Notes: generated by a model from the letters alone, not told the origin. 64,000 nt of DNA from an uncultured Nitrospiraceae bacterium (GCA_963727805.1 CAVSHF010000005.1:320001-384000); one strand, 5' to 3'; positions 38,966 through 49,826 are shown, counted from the first letter of the stretch. Program-made: numbers and translations.

Positions 38966-39404
38966 CATGCAGGGTGGAAGACTTTAGCAGATGCCAGTGC
39001 GGCCCAACCATACAGAACCCCTAATATTCCCGGCACACCATTTAATTCTCTTTTATTCACAGACAAAAGTTGTTGTTATTGAAAATATAGCTTGTTTTTG
39101 GATTATTTATCTGGGTTGGCAACATCAAGAAAGCGAAAATGTGGACAAAATAGTTTTGCTGAGAGTCGCGTCCGCCCCGCCATACTTTCTAAACTATTTC
39201 AATCGGTTGCCAAAGTATTATGTAAGGAAGTACCGTCACCAGTATGCCCAGGGAGATTGAGGGGACTCTTCCATCCAGCTAGCAATGTCATCTTTTGTGA
39301 CGGTCGTCACCAAATCCGCAGTAACATCATTTTGGGTCTTATCTTCTGATACCAATAGGGCTATGATAAAAATACGTAGAGACTGACTTAGAAAGGGAGC
39401 AATA

Positions 39405-39668
39405 ATGACCAAAGTAAGTTTTCCGCCGGATCAAATTTACGATAATATATGCAATCTTATTATTTTTTCCTCATATGTCGGAGAAGGATTTATCCCATGC
39501 TCGATCTCAATTGAGGCATTACAGGATCACTTCCAGGCCGATCTCCTTCAACCAATGCAGGCCTTCCTTTGTAATCGTCTCGCAATCGAGCACATTGCCG
39601 AACGCCTCATTGATCAACAACGCTTCGAAGCTGATGGCTCAGTGCTAATAAGCACTACAGACTGTTAG
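39405..39668 (+). CDS. DUF1488-family protein
   Basis: I.CSIS.EAL.DHF and F..NR..IE..A..LI motifs. Confidence 0.75.
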   Translation: MTKVSFPPDQIYDNICNLIIFSSYVGEGFIPCSISIEALQDHFQADLLQPMQAFLCNRLAIEHIAERLIDQQRFEADGSVLISTTDC

Positions 39669-39916
39669 GGTCGCGTGGTCCCAACATTCGTCCGAGCGTC
39701 AAAATATTTTCAGGTTGCAAGATACCACTGAAAAAGAATCTTGTATTTGACTATCACCTCTATTTTCCTTGAAATGGGCCTTGTATGGGAGTGCAATTGC
39801 GGGGTAAGATGAAAAAAATATGGAAATAGTTACATTCCACAAGAAATTATCGAAATCGGATTCGCGATAACTTATAGTCATTGCCGTAGGGATAATGCTC
39901 ACTACTCAAGCTTCCT

Positions 39917-40158
39917 TTCGAAAGTCGAGACCAGCGCTCGTCGGTTGAGATTGTTTGTGGCTACTGAAAACCTTGTTTTTGGATTTTTTTGCGGGATGAT
40001 GATTGCCATTTGTACCCCTGCATTGTCGCCTGAACTTTGATGATCGTGGGTACATGTCGTAATCATCGCAGCAGCCGCATCAAGGCTGGCGACTTAGTCT
40101 CTACAAAAATCTTTGGCGCCTGCAGTCCCCGCCTATCGATGATTATGGAAATAATCTA
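39917..40158 (+). repeat. Degenerate junction repeat, two tandem units
   Basis: 39917-39969 resembles 14018-14070; core CATGTCGTAATCATCGCAGCAGCC at 40053; GATGATTATGGAAATAATCT matches the reverse complement of 33583-33602. Confidence 0.8.
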
Positions 40159-40339
40159 TCGGTGCCGTTTCGTTGGTTCACTTGTCTCACGCCTTGATCT
40201 GGACCGCTAGAGCCCATTTGAATGATATTGTTACTTGAACGAATATTGACCCCTTGTTACAATCTTATAGTGAAGGTCGAAACGTTCGCGAGCCCTAGCC
40301 GCCCAATCAGCAGAGTCACATTAAGCGAGAGGAATTACC

Positions 40340-41344
40340 ATGAGCAAGGCACAACCAACCCCTCCTGACCGGATTACGCCAGAGGAGGTCTATCTCAAGC
40401 GGCGCGAATTCATCAAGAACGGACTCTTGATAGCCGGCACTGCCACCGTTGTCGGCAGCGGCCTGGTCGGATTGATGAAGATCGCTCCTAACTCAATCGA
40501 TACCGGACGCGCAGTGATTCCGCCTACCCTGGTGGGTAATTCTATATCCACTGTGCCGGCGAGTACAGAGTATCCGAAGATCGGTGCTGACGAAAAGGCG
40601 AATTCGTACCAGGACATCACCACATACAACAACTTCTACGAGTTTGGCGTCGATAAGGCCGACCCGGTGAGGAATGCCGGCACCCTTCGGCCACGGCCGT
40701 GGTCGATTGCCGTGGAAGGGGAGTGTGCGAGGCCGCAGACCATAGATATCGATCAGCTGCTGAAATGGTTTCCGTTGGAGGAGCGCGTTTACCGGATGCG
40801 ATGCGTCGAGGCTTGGTCTATGGTAATCCCCTGGCTCGGGTTTCCGTTGCGTGATCTCATCAAGCGTCTGGAACCGACGTCAAAGGCAAGGTACGTGGTA
40901 TTCGAGACTCTTTTCGATCCCAATCAGATGCCGGAACAAAGAAAGTCGATTCTTAAGTGGCCGTATGTTGAAGGCCTTCGGATGGACGAGGCTATGCACC
41001 CGCTGACCCTGCTTGCGACTGGCATTTACGGGCGCCTGCTTCCGAATCAGAACGGGGCTCCCATCAGGCTCGTCGTGCCTTGGAAATACGGGTTTAAGGG
41101 CGTCAAATCTATTGTGAAGATCCGTTTCACCGAAGAACAACCGCCTACAACATGGAACCTGTCCGCGTCGGAGGAATACGGGTTCTACGCCAACGTGAAT
41201 CCCGACGTTCCGCACCCCAGGTGGAGCCAAGCGACTGAACGCCGGATCGGCGAGTTTATGCGTCGACCGACGCTCCCCTTCAACGGTTACGGTGAACAGG
41301 TGGCCCCTCTGTACCACGGAATGGACCTTCGGAAATACTTCTAG
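40340..41344 (+). CDS. msrP: Periplasmic protein-methionine-sulfoxide reductase, molybdopterin catalytic subunit
   Basis: Tat motif [44 protein letters not shown] and HPRWSQA motifs. Confidence 0.96.
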   Translation: MSKAQPTPPDRITPEEVYLKRREFIKNGLLIAGTATVVGSGLVGLMKIAPNSIDTGRAVIPPTLVGNSISTVPASTEYPKIGADEKANSYQDITTYNNFYEFGVDKADPVRNAGTLRPRPWSIAVEGECARPQTIDIDQLLKWFPLEERVYRMRCVEAWSMVIPWLGFPLRDLIKRLEPTSKARYVVFETLFDPNQMPEQRKSILKWPYVEGLRMDEAMHPLTLLATGIYGRLLPNQNGAPIRLVVPWKYGFKGVKSIVKIRFTEEQPPTTWNLSASEEYGFYANVNPDVPHPRWSQATERRIGEFMRRPTLPFNGYGEQVAPLYHGMDLRKYF

Positions 41345-41348
41345 CGCA

Positions 41349-42977
41349 ATGAAAAGGAGACGTCTTTCCTGGTTGGTTACCGGTGTAGTGGCCGGCGCTT
41401 TTGTGCCTCTAGTCGTTCTTGCGGAGCTGGCCTGGTCCCGACAATTGGGCGCCAATCCGATCGCCACCATTCTGAATCAGCTGGGATTCGTGGCGCTGGT
41501 TCTGCTAATGGGTTCGCTGGCCTGCACGCCGTTGAAAACTGTTACCGGATGGAGGTGGCCGATCCGTATCCGCAAGCCGTTGGGCGTGATGGGATTCGTC
41601 TATGCACTGCTTCACTTTCTAACCTACATCGGGCTCGATCGACTCCTCAGCTTCAAGACAGTCTGGCAGGATATCTCACGACGACCGTTCATCATCATAG
41701 GATTCACCGCTCTGATGATGCTGGTTCCGCTAGCAGCAACATCGACAGCCAGTGCATCTCGCCGGTTGGGAAAAACCTGGAAGGGACTTCACCGAATGGT
41801 GTATGTGATATCACCACTGGTCATCATTCACTTCACCATGCGGATGAAGGCCGACATACATCAGCCGGTGACCTACGGGGCGGTGCTCGCAGTTCTGCTC
41901 GCGACACGCGTCGTCGCTGCGGCAATAAAGCGCAAAAATGCCCCGGCCTGGGACGGATATCGGATGTTCAAGGTAGTGAAGAAGGAACATGAGCCGGGCC
42001 AGGTCTGTTCGTTATACCTCGAGCCGTCGGACGGGAAAAAGCTTCCGCCCTACAAGCCCGGTCAGTATTTGACTATGAAGGTCAACGTTGGGGGGGCTGA
42101 TGATTCAGTCATCCGCTGTTATTCCCTCTCCAGGCGTCCCGATTCTGATAGGTATCGCATCAGCGTCAAACGAATTCCGTTGGGGACTGCATCGAACTTT
42201 TTGCACGACCAGATCGTGGAAGGCACCGTCATTGAAGTCAAGGCACCGAAAGGAAAGTTCTTCGTGAAATCTTCCTCCCGGCGACCGGTGGTTTTGATTG
42301 GCGGCGGCATCGGCGTAACGCCACTGCTTGCGATGCTCGACGGGCTTACGGTGTCCGGTGCACGCGGTGTTATCTACTTTTTCTTCGGCGTTCGCAACAG
42401 CAGTGAACATTGCTTTCGCGATCAGCTGACTGCCATTGCCTCGCGCAACGGCGGCGTTAAGTTTCATGTGTGCTATTCCTCTCCCTTGCCTGAAGATCGC
42501 GTAGGGATAGATTGCCATTCCACCGGTCATATCACTGCGGCATTGCTTAAGGAAGTGCTTCCGAGTCTTGACTGCGATTTCTACGTCTGCGGGCCGCCCT
42601 CTATGATGGCTCAGCTTAAGGCCGATCTTGTAGCCGCGGGCGTCCCGGCGAAGAATTTCCACGTGGAGGCGTTCGGAGTGACTCAGGTAAAGAGGGCGGT
42701 AGGGCCGGGTGCGGCGGCTCAACGGTTTGTCGTCTCATTCGAGCTGTCCGGCAAGACGCTGGAATGGGACACGAAGTATGGCAGTCTGCTGGAATTCGCC
42801 GAGGCCAACGGGATTGAAATCGAGTTTGGCTGCCGGTCAGGCAACTGCGGCTCATGCGAAGTGGAGATCAACTCCGGCGAAGTGGAGTACCTGGTTGACC
42901 CCGGCGCCGCTCCGGAGGAGGGCGTATGCCTCACGTGCGTGACAGTGCCGAAAATGTCCCTGAGCCTGGAGGCTTAG
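41349..42977 (+). CDS. msrQ: MsrQ heme-binding membrane subunit fused to an FAD/NAD(P)H reductase and a [2Fe-2S] ferredoxin
   Basis: Ferric-reductase-like TM domain (RK.LG, YALLHF, WKGLHRMVY...HF), then RCYS, GGGIGVTP, YVCGP, EAF and CRSGNCGSC...C motifs. Confidence 0.88.
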   Translation: MKRRRLSWLVTGVVAGAFVPLVVLAELAWSRQLGANPIATILNQLGFVALVLLMGSLACTPLKTVTGWRWPIRIRKPLGVMGFVYALLHFLTYIGLDRLLSFKTVWQDISRRPFIIIGFTALMMLVPLAATSTASASRRLGKTWKGLHRMVYVISPLVIIHFTMRMKADIHQPVTYGAVLAVLLATRVVAAAIKRKNAPAWDGYRMFKVVKKEHEPGQVCSLYLEPSDGKKLPPYKPGQYLTMKVNVGGADDSVIRCYSLSRRPDSDRYRISVKRIPLGTASNFLHDQIVEGTVIEVKAPKGKFFVKSSSRRPVVLIGGGIGVTPLLAMLDGLTVSGARGVIYFFFGVRNSSEHCFRDQLTAIASRNGGVKFHVCYSSPLPEDRVGIDCHSTGHITAALLKEVLPSLDCDFYVCGPPSMMAQLKADLVAAGVPAKNFHVEAFGVTQVKRAVGPGAAAQRFVVSFELSGKTLEWDTKYGSLLEFAEANGIEIEFGCRSGNCGSCEVEINSGEVEYLVDPGAAPEEGVCLTCVTVPKMSLSLEA

Positions 42978-43054
42978 GCCAGAAAAAAACTGGACAGTCC
43001 AGAGGATGGCGCTAATTTAAGCGCCCCCCGCATGATATCTACTTCTATGCAGTG

Positions 43055-43240
43055 CGATGATTGCTGAATGTACTCTCTCTCATTGCCAGAAATGTGACGA
43101 TCTTGGTAGCATGTCTAAGTCATCGCGTCAGCCATATCCAGATGGCTTACTTGGCAGCTTACTTGGTTGCTAAATATACTGACCGAATTTATCAGTACGA
43201 TCTCACAACATTATTTCTCGAAGTCAAGGCTAGCGCTTTG
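43055..43240 (+). repeat. Degenerate junction repeat
   Basis: TAGCATGTCTAAGTCATCGCGTCAGCCATATC (43107-43138) resembles 50043-50074; contains an internal GCTTACTTGG duplication. Confidence 0.8.
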
Positions 43241-43393
43241 TGACGGATAATGTTTGAGCCATACGATTATCAAAACTTTGGACATCTTTGTAAAATTATT
43301 GAATGCCGAAAATCATTGTCGGCTAACGCAATAGTTCGGACTCGGCTTTCGCCACACTATCAATCAATTGTAGCCCATTGTAATAAGGTTCGC

Positions 43394-44881
43394 TCATTTT
43401 TTGTTACTCTCCGTTAGCATATCGGACCGGTTCCACCAGCCCCCGCCCAAAGCCTGGAACAGCGCTGTTGTATCAGAGTATCGGCTGGCCAGGGCCTGTA
43501 CAAGATTGATCAGCGACTGCTGATAAGTCTGTTCAGCATTAAGCAACCCTAAATAACTGATATCACCAAGTTCTAGTTGACGGTGCGCAATGGAAAGAGT
43601 CTTCGCTGCAGCACGCTCGGCAGCGACAGCCACTTTTAACGCATCTGCATCAGATTGTATGGCGTGAAGAGTATCGGCCACATTCTGAAATGCTGTTAAA
43701 ACTGTACTCTTGTACTGTGCCGCAGCCTGGTCATATGCAGCTTCAGCAGCGCGTTGCCGGTGAAGCAATGTGCCCCCCTGGAAGATAGGCTGAGTTATAC
43801 TGCCGGCCAGGGACCAGAAGCCAGTGCCCGGAGTAAATAACTGATCGATTGCAAGGGCACTGCTGCCCAAATTGGCACTCAATGTGATATTCGGTAGCCG
43901 GTTGGCTATAGCTACGCCGATTTCCGCACTGGCAGCGTGTAGTTGCTCTTCAGCGGATCGCACGTCCGGTCTTTGCCCGACTAATTTGGAAGGAAGGCTC
44001 ACGGGAAGTTCCTGTGGCAGCTCCAGCGATGCAAGTTCGAACTTCTCAGCCAGCGTCTCGCTCGGGAAACGACCTGCAAGCCGTGCAAGTAAGTCGCGTT
44101 GCTGTGCCAGTTGTTTTTCCAATGGCGGCAGTGCGGTTTCGGTTTGAGCCAGTGCTGCTTCCTGTGCCGTTACATCCAGAGTGGCAACCTGTCCAAGATC
44201 GTATTGACGTTTCAATAATTCAAGCGATTTATTTTGAATATCTATGGTCCGCTTGGTGGCAGCTATTTGTCCACGCAGAGCAGCCTCCTGTATTGCCGCT
44301 GTTACAACATTGGAAGTCAAGGTTAGATAAGCAGCTTCCAACTGGAAACACTGCGATGCGGCCTGGGCCTTGAGCGATTCTACCTGCCTGCGGGTACCAC
44401 CGAACACGTCAGGCGCATAGGAGACGGCAACCTGCGCTGTGTGAAGACTAAAGATATTACTGCCATTGTTCAATGGACTGGAAAGCACTCCGGCTGTTTT
44501 CTGTCGCGTCGGAGTAAAACTGACTTCGACACTTGGAAAGAACGCACCTTGCTGTGCGTATACGCTTTCCCACGCGCCGCGCAGAGAAGCTTGAGCGGCC
44601 TCCAGGTCGGGATTGGCCCTGAGTGCTTGCTCAATGAGGTCATTGAGCGGCTTCGAGTGAAACAGCGTCCACCATTGCCCGGGTATGTCCATATCCTGCA
44701 CAAAACGTTGAGCCTCTCCGCCTTTGATATCGACCGAAGCTGTTTGTGGAGGCAGAGCCTGTGGGGTATAGCCATCGACAGCAAGGGAATGTGGGCGTTG
44801 GAAATCGGGACCAACGGCACATCCAGTTACAAAGACTGCAACAGTGAACAACACCATTATGAAAAACAATCTATGCATCAT
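43394..44881 (-). CDS. NodT-family RND outer-membrane lipoprotein
   Basis: Lipobox VTGC.VGPDF, WW..F, RPDV..AE and ALGGGW motifs. Confidence 0.93.
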   Translation of the reverse strand: MMHRLFFIMVLFTVAVFVTGCAVGPDFQRPHSLAVDGYTPQALPPQTASVDIKGGEAQRFVQDMDIPGQWWTLFHSKPLNDLIEQALRANPDLEAAQASLRGAWESVYAQQGAFFPSVEVSFTPTRQKTAGVLSSPLNNGSNIFSLHTAQVAVSYAPDVFGGTRRQVESLKAQAASQCFQLEAAYLTLTSNVVTAAIQEAALRGQIAATKRTIDIQNKSLELLKRQYDLGQVATLDVTAQEAALAQTETALPPLEKQLAQQRDLLARLAGRFPSETLAEKFELASLELPQELPVSLPSKLVGQRPDVRSAEEQLHAASAEIGVAIANRLPNITLSANLGSSALAIDQLFTPGTGFWSLAGSITQPIFQGGTLLHRQRAAEAAYDQAAAQYKSTVLTAFQNVADTLHAIQSDADALKVAVAAERAAAKTLSIAHRQLELGDISYLGLLNAEQTYQQSLINLVQALASRYSDTTALFQALGGGWWNRSDMLTESNKK

Positions 44882-44884
44882 GAT

Positions 44885-47800
44885 TTATACCTCTTTTTCC
44901 GATCTCGGTTGTGCAGCAGTTTGACGGCGTTCCACCCACCTTTCCAGAGCGAAGTAACAGGTCGGCAGGATAAATAGCGTAAGGAGTGTTGCAATCATCA
45001 AGCCGCCCACAACCACAGTGGCTAGATTGCGCTGAACATCGGTTCCTATGCCCGTAGCCAATGCCGCAGGCAGCATTCCAATAGTCGCTACTGTTGCAGT
45101 CATGAGCACGGGTCTGAAACGCTCCCCAGCACCCGACAGAACGGCCTCATGCAGTTCTACTCCCTGCTCCCGCACCCGGTTGATATTGGCAATCATGATG
45201 ATGCCGTTTTGCACAGCTACGCCGAACAGTGCAATAAATCCGACAGCTGTAGCAACATTCAGCGTCTTGCCAGTGACGTGAAGCGTGAAGAGGCCGCCAA
45301 GTGTTGCCAACGGAACTACTCCGAGGATCAATATTGTCTGGCGTATTTTGCCAAATTCTGCAAAAAGGAACACAGTCATCAGCGCCAATACGATGCCCAT
45401 GATCAAAATTAGCCGGGCCTGAGCGCGCTGTTGATTTTCGAATTCCCCGCCCCACTCGATGCGATATTTATCGTGGTCAAAATGCACTGTTTGCTCTATC
45501 TTGTTCTGTGCCTCAGTCATGTAATCGGATAGTGCCCGGTCCTGTAGGTCAATCCTTACGAGCAGCACGCGATGACTTAGCTCGTGCGAAATGGTACTTT
45601 CTCCGGTCTGCATCTTGATATGGGCAACCTGGGAAAGCGGGATTTGTGCGCCACCGGGGGCTGTAAGCGGCAGGCTGCCCAGAGCTTCCGGATTGTTGCG
45701 TGTTTCTTTCGGGAACCGCACGGTAACGCCATATGTGCGGTCACTTACGTAGACTGTGCTGATAGGCGCTCCACCGACACCAGTCTGGATAAGGCTTGTG
45801 ATGTCGGAGACGTTAATCCCGTAGCGGGCTGCTGCTGCGCGATCAATATCAACCGCGATCTGCGGGATAGGAGGTTCCTGGAAGATGGAAGCATCTGCTG
45901 TGCCCCTGACGCCGTGCAGTATATTGACGATCTCACCTCCTATGCGACGCAGTTCGTTAAAGTCGTTGCCGAAAATGCGGATAACCAGCGGGCTGTGTGC
46001 GCCGCCGATCGCATCTTCCACCATATCGATAATCGGCTGGCTGACGCCGATGGAAACCCCCGGCAGCTTCTGCAGACGGGCATTGAGCCTCTGCAGAAAC
46101 ATCTCCCTGGTCTCGCCTTTTGGCCATTGCTCGTAAGGCTTCAGGCCGACGGGTGCCTCGATGTGGGAGGGCGTCCATGCATCGGTGCCGTCATCGCTGC
46201 GGCCAAGTTGGGTTATTGCATACGACACCTCAGGGAATTCATGCAACGTGCGCCGCAGTTCCCCTGCCATCTCGCTGGCTTTGTCGAGAGATATCCCGGA
46301 GGGCAATTGCACCTGTAACCAAAGGTTGCCTTCATCCAGCTCCGGCAGAAATTCGCGCCCGGTTGTCACACCCAGTACTACCACTAACACAAGGGCCACT
46401 CCCACGATAATGAACGCGATCTTCGGAATGGCAAGCATCCGCTCCAGTAGCCGGCGAAAGCCGTTCTGCAGGCTTTCGAGCGGCCGGTTGTAGAATATCT
46501 TGCGGGGCTTGCGAAAGGCCATAAAGGCGAGCCCCGGAATCAGCGTAAAAGTGCATAGAAGTGCTCCTAATAAGGCATAACCTACAGTGTAAGCCATTGG
46601 AGAGAAAAGCCTGGCTTCGGCGCGTTCAAACGCGAACAGCGGAAGATAGGCAGTGATGATTATTAGCGTGGCGAAGAAGATCGGCCGGGCTACCTGGGTC
46701 GTTGTGGTAAGTATATCCTGTTCACTTAAAAAAGTAGTCGGATCCGCTTCTCGCTTCCGCATAATGGCCTCGGTGACCACAATGGCACCGTCCACTATAA
46801 TGCCGAAGTCGATAGCACCAAGGGAGAAAAGGTTGGCTGGCATCTTTGTAAAATGCATCATTATAAAAACAGCGACAAGGGCCAAAGGTATTGTTACTGC
46901 CGTGATCAACGCGCTGCGTGGGCTGCCGAGAAAAAGAATCAGTACAATACATACCAGCCCGATGCCTTCCAGCACAGTATGAGAGACTTTGCGTATTGTC
47001 TCCTGTACAAGATCATCCCTATCTATATAGGAAACTATGTGCACACCCATCGATTTGAGTTGGTTATTCAGTTCTGCAACTTTAGAATGAATACCTTTAA
47101 GCACTTCCGAAGCATTTTGATACCTGAGCAAGTCTACAATGCCTTCAATAGTATCAGGGTTGTTGTCCTTGCCAAGTATGCCCTCGCGCTCCTGATGGCT
47201 GAAAGTCAGCTTGCCGAGATCGCGCACTAGGATCGGCACTCCGTTTCGCTGTGTGACGACTATGTTCCCGAGGTCGTCCAGTGTGCGAACCATGCCGATT
47301 CCACGTATAACATAGCCCTGTTCGCCGCGTGAAATGCGGCTGCCGCCGGCATTGGAGCTGTTATTGGTGATCGCTGTGACCACGTCGTTCAGAGCGATGC
47401 CATAACGTTGAAGCTGCAATGGGTCAAGCTCTAGTTGATACTGCTTCGTGAAACCGCCGAAATTGGCCACAGATACAACGCCGGGCACCTGCTGAAGGGC
47501 GGGCATTACGATCCATCGCTGGACCTCCGAGAGGTCCATCAGGTTTTTGGTATCCGACTCCAGCGTATACCGGTAAATTTCGCCTGTCGGACCGGCAAGC
47601 GGAAGAAGGCTCGGCATGATGCCAGTTGGCAGAGTGACCTGACTTATGTTGTCGGAGACGCGCTGACGTGCCCAGTAGTCTTCGACTCCATCACGAAATA
47701 TAATCGGTATGATCGACAGGCCAAACGTGCTGCTTGAACGCATGGATTGCACGCCGGGTGTGCCTGCCAGTGCCCGCTCTAATGGAATAGTTATCTGTTG

Positions 47801-47986
47801 CTCCACCTCCTCAGCTGCAAGCCCCGGCGCTTGGGTGACGACCTGCGCTGTCACATCTCCGATATCCGGATACGCCTCAACCGCCAGTTTTGTCCATGAA
47901 TAATAGCCAAAAAGGCAGAGCAAGATAGCGACCATTAGTACAACAAATCGCTTTCGAAGGCAGATAGCAATGATGCGATTAATCAT
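44885..47986 (-). CDS. CusA/CzcA-family heavy-metal RND permease
   Basis: AYPD, GLAAEEVE, GAIDFGIIVDG, GFIALFGVAVQNG and RFRPVLMT motifs. Confidence 0.93.
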   Translation of the reverse strand: MINRIIAICLRKRFVVLMVAILLCLFGYYSWTKLAVEAYPDIGDVTAQVVTQAPGLAAEEVEQQITIPLERALAGTPGVQSMRSSSTFGLSIIPIIFRDGVEDYWARQRVSDNISQVTLPTGIMPSLLPLAGPTGEIYRYTLESDTKNLMDLSEVQRWIVMPALQQVPGVVSVANFGGFTKQYQLELDPLQLQRYGIALNDVVTAITNNSSNAGGSRISRGEQGYVIRGIGMVRTLDDLGNIVVTQRNGVPILVRDLGKLTFSHQEREGILGKDNNPDTIEGIVDLLRYQNASEVLKGIHSKVAELNNQLKSMGVHIVSYIDRDDLVQETIRKVSHTVLEGIGLVCIVLILFLGSPRSALITAVTIPLALVAVFIMMHFTKMPANLFSLGAIDFGIIVDGAIVVTEAIMRKREADPTTFLSEQDILTTTTQVARPIFFATLIIITAYLPLFAFERAEARLFSPMAYTVGYALLGALLCTFTLIPGLAFMAFRKPRKIFYNRPLESLQNGFRRLLERMLAIPKIAFIIVGVALVLVVVLGVTTGREFLPELDEGNLWLQVQLPSGISLDKASEMAGELRRTLHEFPEVSYAITQLGRSDDGTDAWTPSHIEAPVGLKPYEQWPKGETREMFLQRLNARLQKLPGVSIGVSQPIIDMVEDAIGGAHSPLVIRIFGNDFNELRRIGGEIVNILHGVRGTADASIFQEPPIPQIAVDIDRAAAARYGINVSDITSLIQTGVGGAPISTVYVSDRTYGVTVRFPKETRNNPEALGSLPLTAPGGAQIPLSQVAHIKMQTGESTISHELSHRVLLVRIDLQDRALSDYMTEAQNKIEQTVHFDHDKYRIEWGGEFENQQRAQARLILIMGIVLALMTVFLFAEFGKIRQTILILGVVPLATLGGLFTLHVTGKTLNVATAVGFIALFGVAVQNGIIMIANINRVREQGVELHEAVLSGAGERFRPVLMTATVATIGMLPAALATGIGTDVQRNLATVVVGGLMIATLLTLFILPTCYFALERWVERRQTAAQPRSEKEV

Positions 47987-49142
47987 TTAGAAGCACTCCC
48001 CCCCTGACTATGATATGATCACCCGGATTTAACCCCTGGTCGATGCGAGTGCTGTCGCCCTCTCCATAGCCAGGCACGACCGACTGCCTGACAAAAGTCC
48101 AGGGGGATTCCTCCACAAACACCGTGGTTCTGTCGTTGTCCATAAGCAGAGCGGAATTGGGTACAAATACAGCAGATTTCTGAGGTACGTTGAAACTTGC
48201 GGTAGCGAACATGTTGGGCTTGAATTTACCGTCGGGATTGGCAAAGGCAATACGCACCTTATCACGACGAGTGTCGGGTTCGACCACCTGGCTTACGAAT
48301 GCGACTGCGCCGTGAAATATCTGCCCTGGATATGCAGCAAAAGATACATCCACAGACTGGCCTTTTGCAACGTTGGCGATTTCACTCTCCGGCACGTTTG
48401 CCGTGACCCAAACAAAATCGAGATTTGCAATCGTCATGAGTGACGCGGTCAGGTCGTTGACGAATGCACCTGGCGCGGTCGTTAGCGCCGTGACACTTCC
48501 GTTCATTGGAGCAGTGAGCGTCAAAAGGCGCAACCCGTCTTTGGGACGGGACGAAACTCCGATTTCGTTGAGGCGGGCTTCAGCCCGGTTGAATTCCGCC
48601 TTGGCCTGGGCATAGTCGCTCTCTGCCAGTTCTAAGTCTTTAAGGGCACCGGCGCCCGCCTCACGCAGACCTCGCACACGTTTTAGCGTGCTATCGGCTC
48701 GCTGCTGCGCATCTCGCGCCTTGTCGTCGTCTGCATATGCCTGGGCCAGATCGCCAGAATTAATCACGACGAGCGGTTGGCCCTTTAAAACATGATCACC
48801 CAAGTGGACCAAGAGCCTTACCACTCTGCCGGATAACGGAGACAGTATATTGACCGTTCGTGATGGGTCCGCCTCTACTGCAGCGGTCAACATAATCTTA
48901 TGTGGACCGTCGTTGACGGTTACCTGCTGAACGACCACTTGCGAACGCAGCGCAGAGCCCTGCGGTATGATTATTTTGTCGCCCTGACGGATAAGAGCCG
49001 GCTGTGCACTTTCCTGTACTGCAGCATGTCCAGACGAGTTGAACAAGCGTGTGCCAAGCCCAACGCTTAGCACTACAATGATTGTTGTGACGCCGATCAT
49101 GGCGAAGCGTTTTTGCGGCGGATAGTGATTAAAAATAGACAT
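47979..49142 (-). CDS. RND periplasmic adaptor (CzcB-like)
   Basis: N-terminal TM, AP.NG.V, KPNMFA and G..IIV.G motifs; AGGAGG RBS. Confidence 0.92.
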   Translation of the reverse strand: MSIFNHYPPQKRFAMIGVTTIIVVLSVGLGTRLFNSSGHAAVQESAQPALIRQGDKIIIPQGSALRSQVVVQQVTVNDGPHKIMLTAAVEADPSRTVNILSPLSGRVVRLLVHLGDHVLKGQPLVVINSGDLAQAYADDDKARDAQQRADSTLKRVRGLREAGAGALKDLELAESDYAQAKAEFNRAEARLNEIGVSSRPKDGLRLLTLTAPMNGSVTALTTAPGAFVNDLTASLMTIANLDFVWVTANVPESEIANVAKGQSVDVSFAAYPGQIFHGAVAFVSQVVEPDTRRDKVRIAFANPDGKFKPNMFATASFNVPQKSAVFVPNSALLMDNDRTTVFVEESPWTFVRQSVVPGYGEGDSTRIDQGLNPGDHIIVRGGVLLND

Positions 49143-49230
49143 GCGATGCCTCCTAAAACTATATGAATTTGCCGATACGGCTATATTTACTCGTTCTTGT
49201 CGAGCAAGAATGAAGAAGCTCTTCTATTAT

Positions 49231-49251
49231 AGTAATGATAATCATTATCAT
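49231..49251. promoter_or_regulatory. Fur box
   Basis: TAATGATAATCATTATC is an almost exact match to the Fur consensus GATAATGATAATCATTATC; upstream of the RND operon. Confidence 0.8.
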
Positions 49252-49341
49252 AATAACGGCATAAAAAAATATATTCCAACGGTTCCTTAGGGGTTAGCTG
49301 CAAAGAATTAAGCGATTCCCAATCCTAATGACCCAAATATC

Positions 49342-49773
49342 TTACCTGCATTTCCCGCACAGACCGTAAATCTCCAGTTTATGTTTCTGAGGTATAAACC
49401 GGTTAGCTTTAGCCAGCTCATCCTGAAGTCTTTCTATTCTTTTGTCATATACTTCTGTGAATTCTCCGCATTTGGTACAGATAAGATGATCGTGGTGGGC
49501 CTCACCCACTTTTTGCTCATATCTGGTTTTTTCATTGCCAATTTTTATTTCTTCGGCAATGCCGCTTTCACACATTAACTTGAGATTGCGATGAACCGTG
49601 GCAATCCCTATTTCAGGGGATGTTTTTCTAAGCTTGTCATAAAGATCGTCAGCCGTAATATGCCGTTCAGCGGCAAGAAAGCAGTCTACAATGGTATCAC
49701 GCTGTGCAGTATGCCTCAATCCTTTGTTCCTGATGTAATCAGAAAACGCTTTTTTTGCTTGTTTTATATTCAT
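49342..49773 (-). CDS. fur: Fur-family metalloregulator
   Basis: GLR.T.QR, H.TA, IG.ATV.R.L, HHDHLIC..CG and G.C..C motifs. Confidence 0.92.
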   Translation of the reverse strand: MNIKQAKKAFSDYIRNKGLRHTAQRDTIVDCFLAAERHITADDLYDKLRKTSPEIGIATVHRNLKLMCESGIAEEIKIGNEKTRYEQKVGEAHHDHLICTKCGEFTEVYDKRIERLQDELAKANRFIPQKHKLEIYGLCGKCR

Positions 49774-49779
49774 AGTTAA

Positions 49780-49826
49780 TAATGATAAGCTTTATCATTA
49801 AAGCATACGAACAGAGCTTTTGTCAA
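49780..49826 (-). promoter_or_regulatory. fur promoter overlapped by a Fur-like palindrome (probable autoregulation)
   Basis: TTGACA-N18-TTTAAT on the minus strand; perfect dyad TAATGATAA-GCT-TTATCATTA at 49780-49800. Confidence 0.65.

Noticed and set aside
43061..43243. 60-aa ORF over a junction repeat, suggesting the repeats are coding
   Set aside because: Equivalent frames in other copies contain stops and indels, so no frame is consistently open. A decayed coding origin is not excluded.
43318..43393. GGCTAAC...GTTCGC, attC-like
   Set aside because: The core site does not fit GTTRRRY and the arms do not pair.
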